Shown: piece by piece, positions 49,727 to 61,322 of the stretch
Position numbering within the stretch: the first letter of the stretch is position 1
Layout of the letters: every line of letters begins with the position of its first letter
NCBI GenBank assembly: GCA_965248695.1
Contig: CBDFKD010000002.1
Coordinates: 2,976,001 to 3,040,000, forward strand
Direction of reading: 5' to 3'
Source: Acidobacteriota bacterium
GTDB lineage: Bacteria; Acidobacteriota; UBA890; WLXD01
Length of the DNA stretch: 64,000 nt
The notes under the pieces: model-generated
Databases searched by the model: none
What the model was told of the DNA's origin: nothing
Seen by the model: the letters and a program-made list of their open reading frames with translations, nothing else
Position numbers and translations under genes: made by a program

Positions 49727-50917
49727 ATGCGCGAAGCCGTCGTCGTTGCGAGCTCGCGAACGCCGCTGGCCAAATCGTTCCGCGGCTCGTTCAACATGAC
49801 GCGGCCTGACGACTTCCTGGCCCACTGCATCAAGGACGTGCTGGCCAAGGCGCCGGTGCTCGACGCGGCCGAGCTGGAAGATGTCATCATCGGCTGCGCC
49901 GTACCCGAGGGCACTCAGGGTTCGAACGTTGCCCGCGTGGCGATCATGCGGGCCGAGCTGCCGATGAGCATCGCGGCCACGACGGTGAATCGATTCTGCA
50001 GCTCGGGTCTGCAGGCGGTCGCCATGGCGGCGCACCAGATCATCAACGAAGACGCCGACGCCGCAATCGGTGGCGGCGTCGAGAGCATCACCCAGACGTT
50101 CACCGCTGATGTCAGCCGCAACCCCTGGGTCGATGAGCACGTTCCCGGCGCCTACATGGCGATGGGTGACACGGCCGAAGTGGTGGCGAAGCGCTACCGG
50201 ATCAGCCGTGATGCGCAGGACGAGTACGCGCTCAGCAGCCAGCTGCGCACCGCCGCGGCCCAGCAGGAGGGGCGGCTCGACGAGGAGCTGGCTCCGATGC
50301 AGGTTACGCGCGCCATACTCGACAGGAAGACCGGCGACGTCGTCGGTGAACAGGAGCACCTTCTCGAAGCCGACGAATGCAATCGGCCGGATACCACGCT
50401 CGAGGGACTCGCCAGCCTGAAGCCCTATTTCGACCGTGACAGCGGGCATGGAAGCGTTACTCCAGGCAACTCGTCACAGCTGTCCGACGGCGCATCGGCG
50501 ACCTTGCTCCTGTCGCGCGAGCGTGCCGAGGCGCTGGGAATCCAGCCGAAGCTGGTGTGCCGCGGCCTCGCTGTCGCCGGCTGCGAGCCCGATGAGATGG
50601 GCATCGGACCGGTGGTCGCCGTGCCCAAGCTGTTGCGGCGACACGACCTCACGATCGACGACATCGACCTGTGGGAGCTCAACGAGGCATTCGCGTCGCA
50701 GGTGGTGTACTGCCGAGACCAGCTCGGGCTCGATCCCGACAAGCTCAACGTCAACGGCGGCTCGATCGCCATCGGCCATCCCTTCGGCATGACCGGATCG
50801 CGCATGGTGGGCACGCTGGCCAACGAGATGGCGCGCCGCGAAGCCCGCTACGGCGTGGTGACCATGTGCATCGGCGGCGGACAGGGCGCCGCAGGTCTCT
50901 TCGAGCGGTGCGGGTAG
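49727..50917 (+). CDS. Acetyl-CoA C-acyltransferase (thiolase)
   Basis: [27 protein letters not shown]. Confidence 0.95.
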   Translation: MREAVVVASSRTPLAKSFRGSFNMTRPDDFLAHCIKDVLAKAPVLDAAELEDVIIGCAVPEGTQGSNVARVAIMRAELPMSIAATTVNRFCSSGLQAVAMAAHQIINEDADAAIGGGVESITQTFTADVSRNPWVDEHVPGAYMAMGDTAEVVAKRYRISRDAQDEYALSSQLRTAAAQQEGRLDEELAPMQVTRAILDRKTGDVVGEQEHLLEADECNRPDTTLEGLASLKPYFDRDSGHGSVTPGNSSQLSDGASATLLLSRERAEALGIQPKLVCRGLAVAGCEPDEMGIGPVVAVPKLLRRHDLTIDDIDLWELNEAFASQVVYCRDQLGLDPDKLNVNGGSIAIGHPFGMTGSRMVGTLANEMARREARYGVVTMCIGGGQGAAGLFERCG

Positions 50918-50928
50918 GGCCCGGCGCA

Positions 50929-52136
<1,208 letters not shown>

Positions 52137-52140
<4 letters not shown>

Positions 52141-53198
52141 GCGGACCGCAGGGTCTGATCGATGTGCGCGACAACCATCGCTTCGACGAGCCGGCGCTGC
52201 ACCGGTATCTCGCTGACAACCTCGACGGCTATCGCGGCGAGGCGCGCATCCGGCAGTTCGCCGGCGGGCAGTCCAACCCCACCTTCCTGCTGACCGCGCC
52301 GGAGCCCGAGAGCAGCGCGGCGAGCGGCGACCGCGCCGCCACCTGGGTGCTGCGCAAGAAGCCGCCGGGCACGCTGCTACCGAGCGCCCACGCGGTCGAG
52401 CGCGAGTACCGTATCTATGAGGCGCTGGCGAACACCGATGTGCCCGTTCCGGGCATGCACCTGCTGTGTGAGGACGATTCGATCATCGGTACGCCCTTCT
52501 ACGTCATGGAGCACGTTCGCGGGAGGATCTTCCCGGATGCCAACCTTCCCGATGTGGAACCCGCGGATCGTCCAGCAATCTACAAGGAGATGATCCGCGT
52601 ATTGGCGGCGCTGCACGGGGTCGACTACGTGGCCAAGGGATTGGCGGACTTCGGCAAGCCGGGCAACTACTTCCTGCGTCAGACCGGTCGCTGGACCAAG
52701 CAGTACCTGGCGGCGCAGACCGACGACATCCCGTCGATGGACCGGCTGATCGAATGGCTTCCGGACAACGCGCCCGACGACGACACCACGACCGTCGTTC
52801 ACGGCGACTACCAGCTGTACAACATGGTCTTTCACCCGACCGAGCCGCGCGCGCTCGCGGTACTCGACTGGGAGATCTCGACGCTGGGGAATCCGCTCTC
52901 CGATCTCGCCTACAACTGCATGAAGTACTACTGGGATGGTCCGGGCTCCTCGGTACGCGGCAACTCGACCGTGCCGCCGGAGCACGACATGGTGGCCGAC
53001 TACTGCGCCCTGACCGGCCGCGACGGTGTTGAGAACTGGAGCTTCTGCCTGGCGTTCTCGGCCTTCCGTATGGCGAGCATCCTCCAGGGGGTGTACAAGC
53101 GCGGCCTGCAAGGGAACGCAGCCTCTTCGCGCGCACTGCAGATGAAGGATCTGGTGACCCTGACAGCAGATACGGGCTGGGAGCTGGCCAACAGCTGA
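52137..53198 (+). CDS. Phosphotransferase (APH-like kinase) family protein
   Basis: [38 protein letters not shown]; ATGA overlap with the ACAD gene. Confidence 0.92.
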
Positions 53199-53281
53199 TC
53201 CGCTAGCTGCCTTCGGGTCTGCGCGCGAGCCGGCCGTGGCGGAAGCCTGGCGACCTGGTACGACGTCTGACCGCGGCGTGC

Positions 53282-53557
53282 TAGTGGCCTGTAACAGATG
53301 ATCGTTGCCTATCGTGGTGACGAAATGGGCCCGGATGCCAGGCGGTCCGACGAGACAATGTTCGCCCATTTTCAAGGAGGAGCAAGGCCGCAGGCGGGCC
53401 CAGTTCGCCGCCATCCTGTGGACAGATGGGCAGTTGCGGGCGATATCGGCGTTGCGGCTCCTCGATGATGCCCCTAGCATCGACTGCGTCGCCGCGCCTT
53501 GATCTCACCCGCAAATCCCATCTGCGATAGGCAACGATCATCTGTTACAGGCCACTA
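53282..53557 (-). mobile_element. MITE-like element, copy 2 (inverted relative to copy 1)
   Basis: Same 33-bp TIRs; CTAG at both ends (53281-53284 and 53555-53558); interior is the reverse complement of copy 1 with a few substitutions. Confidence 0.88.
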
Positions 53558-53559
53558 GC

Positions 53560-54348
53560 TCATCCCAGGAACGAGCCGCCGTCCATTCCGATCGCCTGGC
53601 CGTTGATCCCGCGACCGCCCTCCTGGCACAACAACAGCGCCATTTGGGCCACCTCGTCCGGGTCCAGGGCCCGCCGTTGTGGTGTGTCCGCCAGGATCGT
53701 CGCCTCGGCTTCGTCGTGGCTCATTCCCGTCTTGCCCATGATGTTCTCGATCGCCTTGGTGACCAGCTCCGTGGCCACCCAGCCCGGGCAGATGGCGTTC
53801 ACCGTCACGCCGCGCTCCCCCATCTCGGCCGCGATACAGCGGGTGAAGCCGAGCATGGCGTGCTTCGACGCGGCGTAGGCCGAGACGTACTTGGCACCGG
53901 TGCGCGACAGCACCGACCCGATGTTGATCACCCTCCCCCAGCCACGCTCAGCCATCGCCGGCGCGAACGCCTTGGTGCACAGGAACGTGCCGGTGACGTT
54001 GATCGTCATGATCCGGTTCCACTCCTCCAGGGACAGGCGATGCAGCGGCGCCGAAGTAGCGATGCCGGCGTTGTTCACCAGGATGTCGACGTCACCGATC
54101 TCGTGGGCCACCGTCCGCGCCAGCGCGTCGATACTCTCCGCATCGGCAACATCGCAGGTCGTGGCCTGGGCCTGGAGTCCACGGTCACGAAGCGACCTCG
54201 CCACCGTATCCACCTGATCCGCCGACCGTGCCGCAACCAGCACCTGAGCGCCGGCCTCGGCCAGTGTCTCCGCGATCGCCGCGCCAATGCCACGTCCGCC
54301 GCCCGTAATGACGGCATTCCTGCCGCTCAGTGTTCCGTCCATCGTCAT
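53560..54348 (-). CDS. Short-chain dehydrogenase/reductase
   Basis: TGGGRGIG, NNAG, YAASK, NAICPG. Confidence 0.93.
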   Translation of the reverse strand: MTMDGTLSGRNAVITGGGRGIGAAIAETLAEAGAQVLVAARSADQVDTVARSLRDRGLQAQATTCDVADAESIDALARTVAHEIGDVDILVNNAGIATSAPLHRLSLEEWNRIMTINVTGTFLCTKAFAPAMAERGWGRVINIGSVLSRTGAKYVSAYAASKHAMLGFTRCIAAEMGERGVTVNAICPGWVATELVTKAIENIMGKTGMSHDEAEATILADTPQRRALDPDEVAQMALLLCQEGGRGINGQAIGMDGGSFLG

Positions 54349-54387
54349 TTCATCGTGTCCGATTGGTGGTGGTGGGCGTCGAGAGGC

Positions 54388-56157
54388 TCACTGGCATAGT
54401 GGCCGCAGAGTGTGCACGAACGCCGCCGCCACGGTCGGATCCGCCAGTGCCGGATCGCCCACCCCCTGGCGCGCGATCCGGATCGTGGTGATGCCGTTGG
54501 GAAACATGATGACGCGCTGCTCGCCCCAGCCCGACATGTACGGCAGGTCGACGCTGCAGCCTTCGGCGACCGTGAACGGCCAGTGCCAGGTCGCCATGTG
54601 GTAGGTGCGCATCCCGGCCTCGGTCGGGCGCCCGTACCCGAGCCCGCGGATGGGCGTCTCGTACATCAACTCCGCCAGCTTGGCACGGTGGAGGATCTGT
54701 CGACCGTCGTGCTCGCCGCCGTTCTGCAGCAGTATGGCGAGGCGGGCGAGCTCATCGAGGGTGGCGTAGAAGCCCTGCTGGACGGTCGGTACGCCCACGG
54801 GTCCGTCGGGCTCATTGGTCAGGCTGATCGCAGGGCCGTGGATTCCGATCGGGCGGTACACCTCGTCCAGGAGGAACCGCCAGAGGCTGGCGTCGGGTCC
54901 TTCTCTCTCCTTGAGGTAGGCGTCCGCGATGACGCCGACGAGGAACATGTCCTGGTCCCGGTATCGGAACACCTCTCCGGGACCCCAGGGGTGTTCGGTC
55001 GCGTCGAGGATGGCGACCACCTTGTCGCCTGCTGACTCCTCGTCGTACCACTCGTAGCGAACCAGGTAGCCGTCGCCGGAGTTGTTGGGCTCGGTGACTT
55101 CGCTTCCCTCGCCCAGGCCCGTAGCCATGTTGAGCGCATCACCGACCGTCACCCCGTTCCAGCCATCGTGCGGCGGCTGCACCGCGACGTAATCTAGCAC
55201 CGGCAGTTCGAATACCTCCGGACCGTACTTCTGCGCCAGTGCCAGCATGCCGACGGCGGCAACCGCGGTCTTGGTGACCGACCAGACGCCGAACCGCTGC
55301 TCATCGCAGTAGGGCAGATCTCCGTGCGGCGTGAAACACGGCGTCCGGTACAGCACCCCGTCGCGCACCAGGGCCAGGGCGATCACCGCGGGGTCGAGAG
55401 GTCGCTCTGAACCCTCCAGCTCCTCGAGCCCGACCCCGGCGCCGAGCTCGTCCCAGGCAGCCACGGGCAAGCGCTGCTCGAGCTCGGTGGCGTAGTCGGC
55501 AGCCAGCGCGTCGCGGTCGGGAACCGGGCCCGGCTCGTACGCCATCTCCAGCTGACCCCAGGCCTCGAAGAAGCCCTCCGCGTAGAACGGCGAGGTCTCG
55601 GTGAGGATCTGGTAGCGCAGCCCGGAGACCTCGGTGCCGTCGTACAGGAACGTCGCGACGCCGTTGTGCGACTCGCCTTCCATGTGGTTGCCGAGCGCAA
55701 ACCCGAACGAAGCCCGCGACCATGCCCCATCGGCCGGCTCTGACCAGATGCGCCCCGGAAACACGAGGATGTCCCAGTACGAACCGCCCCTCTGGCGCGA
55801 TCCGACACGAATCAGGCTCCGGTCGGCCGGAACGAGATGGTCTTCATGGGTAAAGAACGCGAGCTCCGCGCCAGGGAACAGCTGCGTATCCCGACCGAGC
55901 ACCGTTCGTGGCTCGACCTGCGTCGGATCGGTGATCATCTCGGCGCCCTGGACGATCAGCGTTCCCTGGAAGGGGGCATGGGCTGCCGAGGCGCCTTCGC
56001 CTGGCAGGAAGGCGGAGTTCGGGACCACCCCCTCCGGCGCCGCCGCGGAGAGGAGCTCTTCCGCCGGAAGCACTGGTGGCGACGGTCGATCGCAGCCCAT
56101 CATCACAAGGGCGCAGAGCAGGCTCGCCGTCAGGGGCTGGAGAGATCGCATGGTCAT
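54388..56157 (-). CDS. Serine hydrolase (class C beta-lactamase/NylB-like) lipoprotein
   Basis: Lipobox MMGC; WSVTK, LNMATG, PGE.FRY, GWG. Confidence 0.78.
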   Translation of the reverse strand: MTMRSLQPLTASLLCALVMMGCDRPSPPVLPAEELLSAAAPEGVVPNSAFLPGEGASAAHAPFQGTLIVQGAEMITDPTQVEPRTVLGRDTQLFPGAELAFFTHEDHLVPADRSLIRVGSRQRGGSYWDILVFPGRIWSEPADGAWSRASFGFALGNHMEGESHNGVATFLYDGTEVSGLRYQILTETSPFYAEGFFEAWGQLEMAYEPGPVPDRDALAADYATELEQRLPVAAWDELGAGVGLEELEGSERPLDPAVIALALVRDGVLYRTPCFTPHGDLPYCDEQRFGVWSVTKTAVAAVGMLALAQKYGPEVFELPVLDYVAVQPPHDGWNGVTVGDALNMATGLGEGSEVTEPNNSGDGYLVRYEWYDEESAGDKVVAILDATEHPWGPGEVFRYRDQDMFLVGVIADAYLKEREGPDASLWRFLLDEVYRPIGIHGPAISLTNEPDGPVGVPTVQQGFYATLDELARLAILLQNGGEHDGRQILHRAKLAELMYETPIRGLGYGRPTEAGMRTYHMATWHWPFTVAEGCSVDLPYMSGWGEQRVIMFPNGITTIRIARQGVGDPALADPTVAAAFVHTLRPLCQ

Positions 56158-56237
56158 CTTCCTCGAGGACAAGGGTGCGGGACCGACCGACGGCATCATC
56201 GCCCAGCATCCCGGCCACTGCCAGCGGCCCGTGATTC

Positions 56238-56715
56238 TCAGGAACCGCTCGCGGGAGCGAGAGCGTTGAGCCGCTCGCCGAAGTTCAGAATCGCGTGCAG
56301 GCGGTCAGGAGGGTCCGCCGGATCGCGGTGTCTAACCATCAGGAATCGCCCGTCGGCGGCCACGTCGAACGACGCCTTGACGAGCCCGAGCCAGAACCGC
56401 GCAGTGCTGAAGAGCACGTCACGCTCGACAACCAGTGCTTCCGGGTCCGCCCGGATCGTAGCGGCGTGGAATCGTGACGACCTCAGCGAGCGGTAGATCA
56501 ACTCGGAGCCGACAGCGGACCATGCCGGATTCAGGCCGTCTTCGACCGACACCTGGAGGTCGGCCCCGTCGGGGAAGCGCCTGACGTAGACCTGTCGGCG
56601 ACCGGTCCGGTCCGACTCGAACGCCAGGAGGCTACCGTCGGTACACCTCGCCCATGCCGCCAGCACCGAGCGGCTCGATGATCTCGAAATGTCCAATTCT
56701 GGTGCCAGGTTCCAC
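56238..56715 (-). pseudogene. Ser/Thr kinase-TolB repeat gene collapsed by a large internal deletion
   Basis: [25 protein letters not shown] (kinase subdomain I) joined out of frame near 56640 to [19 protein letters not shown]...P.WS...FDV..DG.FL (PD40 tail). Confidence 0.85.
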
Positions 56716-56788
56716 TGCGTTCTCCGCGGCGGAGGCTACTACACGCTGCCGCCGGCCGATGGGTTAAGCCTCCTGGCGGGAGACGAAC

Positions 56789-58210
56789 TCACCAGAGCTG
56801 TTCCTCCTTCACCGGACCGTCGTCCCACATCTGGGCGCTGGAGATATTCGGCATGCCCCAGTTGTTGCCGTTCCACCCGCCGAAGCCGTCCAGCCGAAAA
56901 GCCCAGAAGCCGGAGTTGAAGTCGCTCACTACGATGAGACCATCGGCATCGCGCACGTCGACGCCCCAGGCGCCGGTGTAGATGTTGCCGGTGGTGGCTT
57001 GCGGCGGTCGCTCGTCGTCGCCATAGAGCATCGGCCCCACCCGCGTCTGGTAGTAGCCCAGCGTGAAGGGGTGCTTCGGGTCGGTCATGTCGACGATCTG
57101 CAGCCCGTCGTCCTGGGCCGAGATGAACACGTACGGCCAGCGCACCTCATGGTTATGAGTGGAGCCGCCGAACTTGGCGATCCAGGCGCCGATGCCAGCG
57201 CCGGTGATGATATTCGGCGTGCGCTCCTCCGACCCCGGCGGCCGAAGATCGAAGAACCGCACGGGAGAGTGCTGATACGTGGGCTCCGGCATTCCGATGG
57301 CGTAGCGACCATCGGGCGTCGGCGTGAAGGTGTGTCCGTCCATGACGCCAGGAATGCCGGTAACCGTGGTGATCAGCTGGGGGTTCTCGACGTCGGTGAC
57401 GTTGAACACGTGGAAGCCACCGGTACCGGCGCCGTAGAACCGGTCCTGCTCGGCGTCGGGCAGGTACCCCATGAACATGTCGTGCCACTGGCGGCTGCGC
57501 TCCGCTCGCGGTGACGGGACCGGAATGTTCGAAACCGGCTCCGTGATGCCACGACCCAGCTGTCCGAAGTCATAGAGGAAGACGTCCTCCGACTGGGTGG
57601 TGGCGGCCAGCAGCGCGCGGCCATTGGAATGCCGGTAGGTGAAGATGTTGTGAATCCCACCCACCATGTCGGGCAACCGGATCTCGGCCACCTTGCGCAC
57701 CGTCGAGGCGTCCGGCAGCCCGGTAACATCGAAGATCACCGCCCCGAGGTCGGCGTCGGGGCCGCCCTGCGCGAACTGACACGAGACCGCCACGTAGTAG
57801 CGGCCGTTGTCCTTGGCGTACTTGATGTCGACGCAACCGGTGCCCTGGTGCAAATCCGGATCGTCGATGATCCAGCGGTAAAGAACCCGCGGCCGCTCCG
57901 GGTCCTCGATGCTGATGGCGTAGAAGCCGGAGTGACCGAAGCGCTGGGCGATGTAGGCATAGGGTCGCGACATCTCCTGCTCGAGCTCGATGTCCGCGTG
58001 GCTGAACCGGATGCCCGGCAGCGGCAGGTGCGATACGACCTCGATGTTCGGCGTGCCCGGCATGCCCACCGGATGACCGGTCTCCGGCTGGATGCAGGTC
58101 GGGTCACCGAAGCATGTCACCTGCGCTTCGGCGTCTGAGGCCACAAGAAAGCAAGCCAAAGCGGTGAGAACGAGCAGGGACAAAGCGGTCAGCGGACTGG
58201 CTTGGCGCAT
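56789..58210 (-). CDS. Secreted LVIVD-repeat-like beta-propeller protein
   Basis: Signal peptide; repeated xxFDVT.P units, HN/HD motifs, GAWGVD..VVSD.N.G. Confidence 0.75.
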   Translation of the reverse strand: MRQASPLTALSLLVLTALACFLVASDAEAQVTCFGDPTCIQPETGHPVGMPGTPNIEVVSHLPLPGIRFSHADIELEQEMSRPYAYIAQRFGHSGFYAISIEDPERPRVLYRWIIDDPDLHQGTGCVDIKYAKDNGRYYVAVSCQFAQGGPDADLGAVIFDVTGLPDASTVRKVAEIRLPDMVGGIHNIFTYRHSNGRALLAATTQSEDVFLYDFGQLGRGITEPVSNIPVPSPRAERSRQWHDMFMGYLPDAEQDRFYGAGTGGFHVFNVTDVENPQLITTVTGIPGVMDGHTFTPTPDGRYAIGMPEPTYQHSPVRFFDLRPPGSEERTPNIITGAGIGAWIAKFGGSTHNHEVRWPYVFISAQDDGLQIVDMTDPKHPFTLGYYQTRVGPMLYGDDERPPQATTGNIYTGAWGVDVRDADGLIVVSDFNSGFWAFRLDGFGGWNGNNWGMPNISSAQMWDDGPVKEEQLW

Positions 58211-58439
58211 TGAGCACTCCTGGATCCGAGTGAGTGTAGGTTCGTATAGCCCCGTTGATCAGAGCCGCAACGGCCGGATTATCGGTGCGAGGTCATCCCC
58301 ACACAACCGCTCGCGCGCCGCGGCCTCACGGTAGGTTCCAGCAAGAGGGCGCTCGCGCCGCTGCCGCGATGATTCGCCAGCCGCTTACGCGGTGCGGGCT
58401 CGGAACCGGCGCACCTTGGCGCGGTTACGCCGCGCTAGC

Positions 58440-58527
58440 ATCGACGGCGCTCACCGCTACCGAGGCCTACAGGGCGGGCACCGCGGCAGACGACGACCAA
58501 ACACTGCTGGTGCTTCGCCGCCGCTAG
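58440..58527 (+). pseudogene. C-terminal remnant of a PP2C/SpoIIE-type phosphatase
   Basis: ...EAYRAGTAADDDQTLLVLRRR* matches the terminal DD.T.LV motif; no upstream gene body. Confidence 0.5.
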
Positions 58528-58568
58528 CCCGCCCGTAAGGCCTCCGGAGGAGGAGCCCTCCGCCGTCT

Positions 58569-59525
58569 CTAACTGTCGAACAAGGTCGGCTTGAACGCCA
58601 GCACCTCGGCCTCGGCGCGCTGGGCCTGCCCTACGGTGAAGTGGTCCATGCAGGCGTCGTCGCTGTAGTCCATGAAATTGAAGATGGGATCTTCGCCGGC
58701 CTGATTCGGGCAGCTGTCCCGACCGATGGGGCAACCTGACGCCGGGCTGCGCTCCGCCGGGGTGTCGTCCACCAGATCGCCCTCCCCGCTGCACCCGTTG
58801 CCGGTCTCGTCGAACGTGTGGTAGAGCCCGATCCAGTGACCGACCTCGTGCACAGCCGTATCGCCCTCGTTGAACGGCGCCTCGTCGCCGCCCGACACCG
58901 TCGAATACAGCAAGACCACGCCATGACGGGTATCCGACTCGTTGTAGTCGCTCGGGAACGAGGCGTAGCCGAGAACACCCTGTGTCGGTCGGCAGGTGTA
59001 GATGTTGAGCGTCCGTTCCGGAGCCACAGCGTTCTTCTTCTTGAATTTCCTCTCCTGTGCCCGCTTGAGGCATTTCTTGGCGAAGGCGTTGTTCTTGTGA
59101 CGGCGGATCTCTGTCAAATCGAAGGCGACATCGCCATCCTGGAAGGCGTCGTTTAGAACTACCATCTGCTGCTGCACCTGATCGTCGGTCACGTCGAACT
59201 TGCCGTTCTTGGTGGTCACAATGTGAAAGACGACCGGAATCGTCGTAGCGCGCCGCTCGACACGGGCTCACACGCGACGCAAGTACGGCTGCAAGAGCGC
59301 ATCAACCAGGTCACGCTCCTGCTGGCTGGGCGTGCGCGCGGCGCAACGAACGCCGAGGTGCCGGCTTGATGGGGGCCCGGCGAAGATGTTCTGCGGCAGG
59401 CTGGCGCGGTCGACGCGGCTTTCTTGCGCCAGGGCGCGGATAGTCTGCAGCGAGTCCTCCTGGGCGGAGGCCGCGGAGACCGGGATTAGCACGGCGATAA
59501 CGGTAAACAGCGCAGCAGCCTTCAC
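58569..59525 (-). CDS. Secreted M43 (pappalysin/ulilysin-like) zinc metalloprotease interrupted by an in-frame TGA at 59270-59268
   Basis: Signal and pro-peptide (RCAAR) ORF in frame with IPVVFHIV...LGYA.FP...HEVGHWIGLYHTF...NFMDY. Confidence 0.8.
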
Positions 59526-59594
59526 GTGTCGCTCTCCACAGGGGCGGGAATACGGCCATTCCTTATAGAACGCGCACTCTGCCCCCCAGAAGGC

Positions 59595-61322
59595 TCATCG
59601 CTCGATCACTCGCCCCGGAAGTGCCCCCGTCAACTGCCCGTCGTCGAGGGTCAGTTTGCCGTTGACCAGGACATGACGCATGCCGCTCGGGTAGCGATGC
59701 GGCTCGAGGATGGTGGCGCGGTCGGCGACCGTGTCGTAGTCGAAAACCACGATGTCGGCCGCCGCGCCCGCCCGCAGGACACCTCGATCCGTGAGCCCGA
59801 TAATCTGCGCCGGCAGGCCTGTCGACGAGCGCACCGCGAACGGCAGGCTGATGATGCCGCGGTCGCGTGCGTAGTGGCCGAGCTTGCGGGGGTAGCTGCC
59901 GTAGTAGCGGGGGTGCTGTCCGGGCTCCATGTCGAGCTGGATGCTGGCGTCCGTTGAGGTCGCGGTGTAGTCCTGGATCATGTAGTTCTCGACATCGAAC
60001 CGGTGCCCGGCGATGGGACGGAACGTCACCCCCGAGAGCATCTCTGGCGTACCCTCGAGGGCGAACGCAATCAACTGCTCGGACGGTGAGCGTCCGCTCA
60101 CCTCGGCGACCTCGGCCAGCGTCTGGCCGACCAGCGCGTCGTCCGGTGGTGCCGCCACGATGACGTGCCGATCGGCGCCACCCTGCATGTCGAGCAGGTG
60201 CTCGATGTCCTCCGCCAGCAGCGCCCGCGTAGCCGGATCGTCCAGGTGGTGGCGCAGGTTCTGCTTGTGGTCGACATACAGTGCCGGGTCGCCAAGGCGG
60301 GGATCGTCGAGGCCGCCGGTGCGATCCGTGCCGGGCGGGGCGTAGGCCCACCGCGGGATCACCGCGGTCGCGCCACCGCCGAACGTCTCGTAGGGATACT
60401 GGTCCAGATACACCTGCACGCCGTCCGCACGGGCGCGCTCGATCATCAGCACGTCGGTGGACGATTGTCCCCAGGTCGATGGGCCCTTGGCCTTGATATG
60501 GCTGCCGACGACCCGGATACCGGTCTCGCGCCCGATACGGATCGTCTCCGCCATGCCATCAGTGCCCGTGAGTCGCCACCCATCCACCAAGCTGGGCGTC
60601 TGCCAGAGCGGCAGCGGCGACTGGCTCCGCTGGTGGGCGTAGTAGAAGCCATCGTACTCACCAACCACATGCGCCAGCGCAATGAGCTCCCCGCTGGTGC
60701 TGAACCTCCCCGGTCGATACTCCGGTCCAGCTCCGAGACCCCACGCACCGTCCTCCATGCCGTGCCGCACAAGATCGCGCATGCGGGCGATCTCGTCTTC
60801 GGTGGCGGCGCGCTCGTAATCGTCTCCCATCACCTGCCGACGCACCGTGGCGTGGCCGACCATGGGTACAACGTTCAGAGCGATTCCCTTCGAGCGGTAG
60901 GCGGCGATCTCGTTGGCAACCGGCCAACGCACGTTGCGGCCATCGGGGCCAACGACCACCGTCGTGACCCCCTGGGCGACGAGATTGTGTGCCTTGCGCT
61001 CCTCGACGCTGTCACCGGCGAGGCCCCGATCGGCGTGCGAGTGCATGTCGATGAAGCCCGGCACCACATGCAGGCCGGTGGCGTCGATCACCCGCGCCGC
61101 CGTCGCCGCGCTCAGATCGCCGATTGCAGCAATGCGCTCCCCCGCAATCCCGACATCCGCACGGATCGCCGGGTTGCCGGTGCCGTCAAGCACCTGACCA
61201 TTGCGAATAAGCACGTCGAAGCTCTGCGGCGCAGCTGCAACCGCGCCGACGCAGAGCGTCGCGCCGAGCAGCCCGGTCAGCACCCCGCGCCGCCGACTCG
61301 TAGACACCAACAGGTGCCTCAA
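59595..61322 (-). CDS. N-acyl-D-amino acid deacylase / amidohydrolase family, secreted
   Basis: TTG overlapping the upstream TGA; LDGTG, PGFIDMHSH, HPR.YG.YPR, ADIVVFD. Confidence 0.88.
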   Translation of the reverse strand: MRHLLVSTSRRRGVLTGLLGATLCVGAVAAAPQSFDVLIRNGQVLDGTGNPAIRADVGIAGERIAAIGDLSAATAARVIDATGLHVVPGFIDMHSHADRGLAGDSVEERKAHNLVAQGVTTVVVGPDGRNVRWPVANEIAAYRSKGIALNVVPMVGHATVRRQVMGDDYERAATEDEIARMRDLVRHGMEDGAWGLGAGPEYRPGRFSTSGELIALAHVVGEYDGFYYAHQRSQSPLPLWQTPSLVDGWRLTGTDGMAETIRIGRETGIRVVGSHIKAKGPSTWGQSSTDVLMIERARADGVQVYLDQYPYETFGGGATAVIPRWAYAPPGTDRTGGLDDPRLGDPALYVDHKQNLRHHLDDPATRALLAEDIEHLLDMQGGADRHVIVAAPPDDALVGQTLAEVAEVSGRSPSEQLIAFALEGTPEMLSGVTFRPIAGHRFDVENYMIQDYTATSTDASIQLDMEPGQHPRYYGSYPRKLGHYARDRGIISLPFAVRSSTGLPAQIIGLTDRGVLRAGAAADIVVFDYDTVADRATILEPHRYPSGMRHVLVNGKLTLDDGQLTGALPGRVIER

